From assembly GCF_009914755.1 (NCBI RefSeq), contig NC_060933.1: a stretch of DNA of 64,000 nt; one strand, written 5' to 3'. The stretch is from the human T2T-CHM13v2.0 reference genome, Homo sapiens. The position numbers were made by a program, and so were the translations under genes. How positions within the stretch are numbered: the first letter of the stretch is position 1; the number at the start of each line of letters is the position of its first letter. The notes beneath the pieces are model-generated. The model was not told where the DNA came from and searched no databases. It worked only from the letters and a program-made list of their open reading frames with translations. This document shows positions 12,896 through 22,313 of the stretch, piece after piece.

Positions 12896-12918
12896 CATCA
12901 TCCATAGGTTATTAGAAG
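12896..12918 (-). other. Candidate 23-nt microexon
   Basis: Minus strand: ttttgcttaaatttgcag|CTTCTAATAACCTATGGATGATG|gtaagt with consensus donor; repeat-free flanks; no transcript evidence. Confidence 0.4.
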
Positions 12919-13073
12919 CTGCAAATTTAAGCAAAACATATATGGCAGGTCCCCCAAATCCTTTGTTGTTTAGATATAACATTGATGAGAAAGAGAAATG
13001 GTTTTGTTATACATTGTTTTGGTTGAAGTTGTAGTTTCCAGGAACCCATCCATGATGTTAAGTGAGGACTTAC

Positions 13074-13645
13074 TATATTAGTTTGCTACTGCTGCTGTGA
13101 CAAAGTAGCACAAGCCTTAAAACCACACACTTTTATTTTCTTACAGTTCTGAGGCCAGAAATGTGTAATGGGTCTTACAGGGCTAAAACCAAGTTGTTCC
13201 GAGGGCTCCCTTCAGAGACTCCAGGGAAGCATTCATTCCTTTCCCCTTGCACCTTGTAGGCACTGCAGGTTTTCCGTGGGTGGCCACCTCACTCCCATCT
13301 CTGCCCCCTTTTCTCTTCTCTGTCAGTGAGTGTGTGTGTACATGCATGTGTGTGTGTGTGTGTGTGTGTGTAACAAATCTCCCTCTAACTCTGTCTTATA
13401 TGCACTTGTGTGATTGCATTTGTGTAACAAATCTCCCTCTAACTCTGTCTTATATGCACTTGTGTGATTGCATTTAGGGCCTACCTGGACAATACAGGAT
13501 AATCTCCAATCTTAAGATCCTTAACTGAATCATATCTGCAAAGACCCTTTATTTACCACATAATGTTTGATTCATAGGATCCAGAGGTTAGAATGTGGAT
13601 ATCCTTTTTCCGGGGGCGCGGGGAGGGTGTATTTTCAGCCTACGC
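13074..13645 (-). mobile_element. MaLR solo LTR, MLT1 (MLT1B/C-like), with internal (TG)n and 54-bp tandem duplication
   Basis: tatattagtttgctactgctgctgtgacaaagtagcacaa...ttacagttctgaggccagaa...aagatccttaactgaatcatatctgcaaag. Confidence 0.85.
13329..13371 (+). repeat. (TG)n microsatellite
   Basis: Interrupted TG run inside the MLT1. Confidence 0.92.
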
Positions 13646-14296
13646 AGACATGATTACAATGCATCAAAAATATCTCCTTTTAAAGACTAGTTTATATCAA
13701 TCATCATCAAAGTATTAAAGATAAATGGAAAACAATTACTTATCACTGAACCACAATAATCTTACTGAAAGGATGACACAGGAAAGGACAAAAACCCAAG
13801 TCCTTGCTCACTCTGTCCTACCCTGCTTGGCCCAATGTGGTATCAACCCCGTCTAGAACTGTCTCATGTTGCCCTATAGGGTTTCGAACAAGTTCAGATT
13901 TTCCTCAACTTATAAAACCACCTCTTGGCAATGATGCTCCTTCATACCACCATCTTATTTCAATCCTCATTTTCAGGGTCTGTGTTTTGCCATCACCCAC
14001 ACCTCCTGATTCTCTAAGCATGTCTCCCCCTTGCCTTCATCCCAGTACTGAATGGTTCCTTCTGTGCCTATGTCCATGAAGAGTGGCAGCTCTTCTCCTT
14101 CTCCTCTTTGCACAGCCCTGGCCCCTCTTCATTTCCGAATGCCGCTCTTCCCTTTTCCCACACTCCTCTCTGGCTCACCTCTCCAGTGTGAGTTGAGATC
14201 TCAAAATTCTTTTGTGCTACTGTTTTCCCTCTGACAACTCGACATTTTGTGGCTCTTGAATTGACATCTCTGACTGCTGTCTCTAAAGTTCTTACC

Positions 14297-14562
14297 CAGC
14301 AGTTTTTAAATGGTGACCCACAGCTAGGCGTGGTGGTTGGTACCTGTAATCCCAGCTACCCAGGGGGCTGAGGCTGGAGTATCACTTGAGCCCAGGAGTT
14401 CAAGGCTGCTGTGACCCTATCTCTGAAAACAAAACAAAACAAATAGTGACCCATGAGTATCAACTGGAAAGCACATTAAAATGCAGATTCCTAGGTCTCT
14501 CTTGGAATTTCTGGCTCAAGTGATTCTGATGCATGTGGTTCCAGAAATGCCGCTCTGGAACC
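14297..14562. mobile_element. MER5-family hAT element interrupted by an Alu monomer
   Basis: cagcagtttttaaa...attaaaatgcagattcctagg...caagtgattctgatgca MER5 hallmarks. Confidence 0.65.
14323..14440 (+). mobile_element. Free Alu monomer (FLAM/FAM-like)
   Basis: gctaggcgtggtgg...cctgtaatcccagcta...cacttgagcccaggagttcaaggctg, (CAAAA)n tail, TSD aaatggtgaccca/aaatagtgaccca. Confidence 0.85.
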
Positions 14563-14959
14563 ATGTTACCAGTTGTCTCATGAAGCTGTTGAGATGTTTC
14601 ACCACCACCAAAAACTAAACTTGCACAAATTCAAACACAGCCTTGCCAGACTTGGACTTTTCCATTTCCCTTGATGGCATTACCATACTTCCAGATATCT
14701 ATGAGGACTCTTTGATGCCTCCTACCCCACTGTGTCCAGGTTCCAATCCACATCTAAATTATCTCATTGAACACCCTCTAGGACAACTCTTGTGAACCAA
14801 AGAGTGAGGATTCTGGAGAAGAAAAAAATCTAAGACGGAATCTAGCCCATAACCAGTCCTTTCAATTCTTAAAAAAATTGAAGACCTAGATACTTCTGGG
14901 AGCTGTTGGGAGGAGGTTGGTGAGAGGTTCCTAAAACGGATTACAGTTCAACGGTTCCA

Positions 14960-15195
14960 GACAAGCAGGGACTATGGAGCCAGACTCCTTGGGTTTAAAT
15001 CCTTCACTCTGCCACCATAAGGCTGTATGACCTTAGAAAAGTAAACTAACCTTTCTGTGCCACCATTGTAAAATAAGTATAATAGTAGTTTCTACTTCCA
15101 GACAATGGTTTGTAATAAAAATTAAGGAGTCAACATATGGAAAATGCATAGTAATACTATTTAAGTGTTGACTCTAGTAGTAATAATAATAATAA
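14960..15195 (+). mobile_element. MIR SINE
   Basis: tggagccagactccttgggtttaaatcc...ctgtatgaccttag...ctgtgcc. Confidence 0.8.
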
Positions 15196-17739
15196 TATAA
15201 AAGCCACCAGGAGTATCCCCTAGATTCAAGCATGACTTCTGTCCCTGATAGCCATTTGCTAAGTCACATGTATACTGTCTTTAGCTCTAAAGGATATCAT
15301 TTGACTCCAAAAGTCTCCAGATTCCCAGACATCACAAGTTTTATAGAAATGAAAAGCCACAGGTGTCAAAAACTGGGATGTATTTCCACCATTTGCCTGA
15401 AAATAAAGTTTATCTATGACACATACTAGATAGCTGGCATGCAGCTATTATTATAAAATATTTATTGGCCACTACAAAGTGCTGTAGGCATTGCACAAAA
15501 TATAGAAGAACAGTCTCTCCAGGCCCTAATTGATTACGGGTCATATATTTTTAAGGGAAGATGCTACTGAGTTACTTAACACAGAATGAAAGATTCCAGG
15601 CTTTTAGGCAAGGAAAAAAATTATATAGTTTTAAGGGACGGTAATGATTTATGATGTGTTTAGGGTTTCTGTCTGTGTTTCTTCTTCAGCAGTGCCACAT
15701 CTGAATTTTTCACAGCATTTATACAAAGCACATGTGGTGCTGGTCTTTATGCTGACCCAAGCATATCTTCCAATAGGAGGATTATTGCATAAAGATCTCT
15801 CTTATTTGAGAGCAGTCACAGACGTATGAGATGATGTTGTATGTTATAAATATCAGACCACAGTCATGGGGATCATAAAAGTTTCAATTATGTTAGCACG
15901 ATATGGATTGGAGAAGAAGAAAATTTGCAGTGGAAAGGAAATGAAGTGTTTGAAAAGAGCTATCATTTTTGGAATTTTAAAAGTCAAATAGTTTTACACA
16001 TTGCATCATTAATATCAGGTATAATGGAATAACTCCCTTTCTTTACTCCAAACAGGGGAAATGCCCTTAGGATGAAATTTTGTTTAAAGAACACAATAAG
16101 ACTCAGGGCAAGACATTCAAGGCTTAATTTTTAAAAGATAAAATCTTACATCTATTAGACTTCCGAACACATGCAAAGAGAGCTTCTTTTAGCTATCCTG
16201 AAATGATAGTAATCCCCCAAATGACAGAAAAATTCTTATTTGGACAACACAGTCATTCAATAATGCATATACATGCTGTGTTCTATAATCTTAAAATAGC
16301 TGATACAAAAAGAAAATAAATGAGGGGAGAAATGCTCAATATAAAACGGTGTCAGCAGATTAAAATATTCTCACCTTTCTTCTCTCTTCCTTTTTTATTC
16401 TTTCATTCAGTAGAAGTTCACACAGTGACACCTAGTGCAGCTGGCAAGGCTATGACAACCTGGAAGAGTGAGTGAGATCAGCTGCCTGGCAAATTCCAGT
16501 TTTAATTTCAGTTAAAATAAGCCAATTCAGTAAAGCTGAAAGGCTCACATTTTGTCTCAGACCCCAATGTGTATGCATAACCTAATTATCATTTGAATCT
16601 ATTTAAAAATGTATAATGCTTATCAACCATAATTCCAGCTCAGTTCATTTCCTAACAGTTAGAAATACTGGATCATTAATATCCTTAATGAAGTAGAACT
16701 GCAATTAAGAGACTCAGTGAAATATCTACCCCCCTCCTTGCCAAGAGGCTTCCAGGATGGGTTCAGCAGTCTTGGAGCTATCCTTTCTAAACATTTCTCT
16801 GATGTTTCTACCTCTAATGTGACATCTAAAAGACTTCCTCTAGATTTTGTTACAAGAAACCTCCAGAGACTTGCAGAAACTGCACATTACTTTCTATAAA
16901 GCATCCTTCTTAAGATATTCTAGTCAAATGATCTCCAACTCACATGACTTCCTATTACAAAATGGTTCAGAAATTCCTTCAGCTAGATTAGATGCTCTTT
17001 AAGAACCAAGCGCTTGCTTCCTAACCTTGGTGCTTCCCAAATAGCCATATACAGTTCCTCACACAGAGCAACTGCTCAATAAGTTTTGTTGAGTGAATTT
17101 TGTTTTGTTCTTTTTCTGTTAAGAGCTGCCTCTTTAACTTTTAATGTCTCCCTTTCCCATATGTCAATCTCATCCACAGTTTTCTGAAAATACTGCTTGG
17201 AGACTTGATAAGAACTAAGAGAGAATCCAGTGGTGAAGGTGTAGCCCCTTCAGAGACATATGTTCACACCTGCATGCTGAAATTCTGTTGTTAGGCAGGA
17301 GCATTATTCAAGGTTGCAACATTCCTATGGGTCCAAGATGAGGCAGTCTTTCCGATTCCTACTTGGAGTTTAGCAGGGAATACGGATTGGCTGAGGAAGA
17401 TTTATTTTAAAAATATCACCACCCACAGCTCACCAGCACCAGTCTCACAAGAGTTAGCCTGCTCTGGAAGATGAAAAGAGCCAAGCTTTGGAAGTTGGAG
17501 TATTAAAATCCAGTGGGAGTCATTCAGCCTTAAAAAACCAAAAAACAGGACTGTTCTAGAAAGGGAAAGCCATGGGAAAACTGAGGACACTGACCAAGAT
17601 GTCACTAAGAGCCAACACCTCAGCAAGAAAGGAGAGTAAATGGAAAACAGCAATGGAACTAAAACCAGTTCACGTTTACATTTCCCAAAACTAAGATGCT
17701 TCTGTAAACCAGTGACATTTATGAAAAACTTCCAAAGAT

Positions 17740-17980
17740 ATTGAAAATACTTATATTTATCAAAGCATAAAATATTAAGTGAAAAAGAATATATTATATA
17801 GATAGATGGATAGACAGATGATAGAAAGATAGACAAGGGAGGAAATATACAATGTCAACCAAAGTTGTCTCCAAGTAGTGGAATTCCTGGTGATTTTATT
17901 TTCTTCTCTATAATTCTCTGATGTCTATACATTTAAGGCAAGAATATATAACTCCTGAAATTAAAACAATATGCTGTTTT
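17740..17980 (+). mobile_element. Ancient L1ME 3' UTR fragment
   Basis: atattaagtgaaaaa...ggaaatatac...gttgtctcc...ggtgattttattttcttc pattern. Confidence 0.45.
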
Positions 17981-18457
17981 TAAAAGATCAAAAAGCAAAT
18001 AAAATAAATGCCAAGCTATGTTCTAATTTTAAAAATATAAACATCAGCCCCTCTTCCTCAACCCACTTGCAAACTGGTCCCACTCAGGATGATGACTGAC
18101 AAGCAGATGGCAACACCCCTGAAGAACCTCTCATCCTCTGTCTCTCTGCTTAAAACATCAGAAAAATAAAATTCTCACAGGGACTGCCCTTCTATCACTC
18201 AATGATATGCATTAAATTAAATGTTAAAAATAATAATAGCATCAGAGGAAAATTTCTTAAGCTTATATTGCATTTTATTAATCATGTTTTGTTAATAATG
18301 CAGCCAGTCCTGTGAGGGAGGAAGGAATTAGATAGCAGGCCATTTGGGAAAGGCGTCCTTTGAATAAGATGTTTCAAACCAATGTGTTCCAAAGACACAT
18401 TCTCCCTGTGTTTCTGAGAAAGCTTGGGGACCTTGAATCCCTCAATCCTAGACACAA

Positions 18458-18700
18458 CAGAGGCAGAACAGCACAGTGGTTAGTACAGACACAGCTCTGG
18501 AGTCAGTTCAGCCTGGGTTCTAATTCAAGCTGTTACATCCTGGTTGTGTAACTTGAGGTCAATTGCCTAATGTCTCTGTGCCTCAGTTTCTCCATCTATA
18601 AGATGGAACTAATAATGATGCTGTCTGCTCAGATTTGTCCTGTGGTTGAAATGAGTTAACATGTTCTTGGAAGAGTGTCTGACACTGAGTCATCGCTACA
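18458..18700 (+). mobile_element. MIR SINE
   Basis: gaggcagaacagcacagtggtta...ctctggagtcag...ctgtgcctcagtttctccatctataagatgg. Confidence 0.88.
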
Positions 18701-18753
18701 AATGATCTTCATGGGACTAATTGAACCAAGGACTCCTGATTAATAAAAGACAG

Positions 18754-21214
18754 TGTATTAGTCTGTTCTCATACTGCTAATAAAGACGTACCCAAGACTG
18801 GATAATTTATAAAGGAAAGAGGTTTAATTGACTCACAGTTCCACATGGCTGGGGAGGTCTCACAATCATGGCGGAAAGTGAATGAGAAGCAAAGTCATGT
18901 CTTACATGGCAGCAGGCAAAAGAGTATATGTAGGGGAACTCCCCTTTCTAAAACCACCAGATCTCAGGAGACTTATTCACTATCATGAGAACAGAACAGG
19001 AAAAATCCTGATCCCATGATTCAATTACCTCCCATTGTGTGGGACCCATGCACAACAAGTAGGAATTATGGGAGCTACAATTCAAGATGAGATTTCGGTA
19101 AGGACACAACCAAACCATATCATTCTGCCCCTGGCCCCTCCAGAATCTCATGCCCTCACATTTCAAAACATGATCATGCCTTCCCAACAGTCCCCCAAAG
19201 TCTTAACTCATTCCAGAACTAACCCAGAAGTCCAAGTCCAAAGTCTCATCTGAGACTAGGAAAATCCCTTCCACCTATGAACTGGTAAAATCAAAAACAA
19301 GTTAGTTACTTCCTAGATACAATGAGGGTACAGGCATTGGGTAAATACACACGTTCCAAATGCAACAAATTGGCCAAAACAAAGGGGCTACAGGCCCCGT
19401 GCAAGTCCAAAATCCAGTAAGGCAGTCATTAAACCATAAAATTCCAATATGATCTCCTTTGACCCAATGTCTCCCATCCAGGGCATGCTGAGGCAAGAGG
19501 TAGGTTTGCATGGTCTTGGGCAGCTCCACCCCTGTGGCTTTGTAGGGTACAGCCCCCATCCCGGCTGCTTTCACAGGCTGGCGTTGAGTATCTGCACTTT
19601 TTCCAGGCACACGGTGCAAGCTGTCAGCACATCTACCATTCTGGGGTCTGGAGGACAGTGGCCCTCCTCTCATTGCTCCATGAGGCAGCGCCCCAGTGGG
19701 GACTCTGTATGGGCACTTGCACCCACATTTCCCTTCACACATTGCACTAGTAGAGGTTCTCCATGAGGGCTTTACTCCTACAGCATACCTCTGCCTGGAC
19801 ATACAGACACTTCCATACATCCTCTGAAATCTAGGCAGAGGTTCTCAAACCTCAATTCTCGACTTCTGTGCACCCACAGGCTCAACACCATGTGGAAGCT
19901 GCCAAGGCTTGGGGCTTGCACCCTGTGAAGCAAAGGCCTGAGCTGTACCTTGGTCCCTTTTGGCCATGGCTGGAGCAGCTGGGATGCAGGGCACCAAGTC
20001 CCTAGGCCACACACAGCAAGTAGGTCCTGGACCTGGCCCATGAAACCATTTTTTCCTCCTAGCCCTCCAGGCCTGTGATGGGCAGGGCTGCTGTGATGAC
20101 CTCTGACATGCCCCAGAGACATTTTACCCATTTTCTTGGTGATTAACATTTGGCTCCTCATTACTTATGCAACTTTCTGCAGCCAGCTTGAATTTCTCCT
20201 CAGAAAAGTGTTTTTCTTTTCCACCACATCATCAGGCTGCAAATTTTCTGAACTTTGATGCTCTGCTTCCCTTTTAAACATAAGTTCTCTTTCTAAACCA
20301 TATCTTTGTGAATACATAAAGCTGAATGTTTTTAACAACACCCAAGTAACCTCTTGAATGCTTTGCTGCTTAGAAATTTCTTCCACCAGATGCTTTATAT
20401 CATGTCTCTCAAGTTCAAACTTCCACAAATCTCTAGGGCAGGGGCAAAATGCCACCAGTCTCTTTGCTAAAGCATAGCAAGAATCACCTTTGCTTCAGTT
20501 CCCAATAGGTTCCTCATCTCCATCCAAGACCACCTCAGCCTGGACTTTATTGTCCAGATCACTATCAGCATTTTGGTCAAAACCATTCAACAAATCTCTA
20601 GGAAGTTCCAATCTTCCCCACATTTTCCTGTCTTCTGAGCCCTCCAAACTGTTCCAGCCTCTGCCTGTTACCCAGTTCAAAAGTTCTCAGGTGTCTTTAC
20701 AGGAGCACCCCACTCTACCAGTATCAATTTACTGTATTAGTCCATTCTTGTGTCACTAATAAAGACATACCCATGACTGGTGGAAAATGTGCAGCACCAC
20801 ATTTTCAGGTGTCTTTACAGGAGCACCCCACTCTACCAGTATCAATTTACTGTATTAGTCCGTTCTCATGCTGCTAATAAAGACATACCCAAGACTGGGT
20901 AATTTATAAAGAAAAGAAGTTTAATTGACTCACAGTTCTACATGGCTGGGGAGGACTCACACTCATGGTGGAAGACAAAGGAAGAGCAAAGGGACATCTT
21001 ACATGGTGGCAGGCAAGAGAGCATCTGTAGGGGAACTGCCCTTTATAAAACCATCAGCTCTTGTGAGACTTATTCACTATCATGAGAATAGCACAGGAAA
21101 AACCTGCCCCCATGATTCAATTACCTCCCACCAGGTCCCTCCCATGACAAGTGGGAATTATGGGAGCTACAATTCAAGATGAGATTTGAGTGGGGACACA
21201 GCCAAACCATATCA
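18754..21214 (-). mobile_element. Near-full-length THE1 (THE1B/C-like) MaLR provirus: LTR 18754-19122, internal region about 19123-20850, LTR 20851-21214
   Basis: Two LTRs reading tgtattagtc...aaaccatatca on the + strand flank a THE1-int sequence of about 1.6-1.7 kb; 5-bp TSD GACAG at 18749-18753 and 21215-21219. Confidence 0.96.
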
Positions 21215-21317
21215 GACAGTTTCCCTTTATTTAGGCATGTATCATTCAAATAATGAACTTTCCCAGTTATTCTCTGTTATTCACTTTAGGGAAGTTCAGT
21301 GACTTTAGCACATTTAT

Positions 21318-21535
21318 CAGAGAGAAGAAATTCAGAAGTCATGGGTTCTAGTGCCATACAGTGATTACTGTCATTGTCATACAAGTGACAGAGTCACCAC
21401 TTAACTGTGCCTCAGTTTCCTCATCTCAAAAGAGTGAAGAGAATATAGTCACATGCCCCCACCCAGTCTCATAAGGTTGTCAACAGTAGCAAATGAGAAA
21501 CGCTTTGAAAAAGTACAAAGCACTATATGATACAA
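21318..21535 (+). mobile_element. MIR SINE
   Basis: atgggttctagt...ctgtgcctcagtttcctcatct...gctttgaaaaagtacaaagcactat. Confidence 0.75.
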
Positions 21536-21709
21536 ATAATTTGAAGTAGACCAGTAATTATGAGGATAAAACTCAAATTTTTCCTTCCTACTCTTGGGAA
21601 ATAACCCTACAAAGCGTTAAACTCTAAATTGTATCTGGATTTCATTACTCCATGCTCTCCTAGGCCACTTTTGCTATTGATAACTCCAAGATGAATACAC
21701 CTGCTTCAA

Positions 21710-21949
21710 TGAAAGAAAGATATGAGATATAAAATGTCTCATTAAAAAGTTTTATATAGGCTCCATGTTGATTTTTTATGTTGATTGCATTTTGAATTGA
21801 TTACATGTTGGATATATTGAGTTAAGTCAAATATATGTTTTAAATTAATTTGATGTGTTTCTTTTTACTTAAGGAATTATTAATTTTATATGCTTCTTTT
21901 TTAACAAAACTAATAGAAAATTTCAGATTATATGCTTCAATGCCTTAGA
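21710..21949. mobile_element. Partial second copy of the adjacent MER33
   Basis: Aligns by eye to 22084-22321 starting at tgtctcattaaaaagttttatataggct. Confidence 0.8.
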
Positions 21950-22313
21950 CCTGTGCTGTCCAGTATGGTAGCCACTAGAAACACGTGGCCACTGAGCATT
22001 TGAAATATGACCAGTCCAAATTGAGTTGTGCTGTATGTGTAAAACACACACCAGACTTTGAAAACAGTATGAATGAAAGATATTGTCTCATTAAAAAGTT
22101 TTATATAGGCTACGTGTTGGTTTTTTTATGTTGATTGCATGTTGTATTGATTATATGTTGGAAATATTGGGTTAAATCAAATTTATGATTTAAATTAATT
22201 TGATGTGCTTCTTTTTACTTAAGTACCTATTAACTTGATGTTTCTTTCTTAACATGTTAATAGAAAATTTTAAATTACATATTTGTCTCACAGTATATAT
22301 CAGGCATTGCTGC
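21950..22313. mobile_element. hAT-Charlie DNA transposon, MER33
   Basis: ctgtgctgtccagtatggtagccactag...gagcatttgaaat...tagaaaattttaaattacatat; flanked by ccttagac/ctttagac. Confidence 0.85.

Noticed and set aside
12611-13034. Overlapping 123-aa (-) and 120-aa (+) ORFs
   Set aside because: No protein resemblance; only the 23-nt segment bounded by splice sites is kept as a candidate
18948-21182. Cluster of overlapping ORFs up to 172 aa
   Set aside because: All lie inside the THE1 provirus; fragmented, GC-richer MaLR sequence, not a host gene
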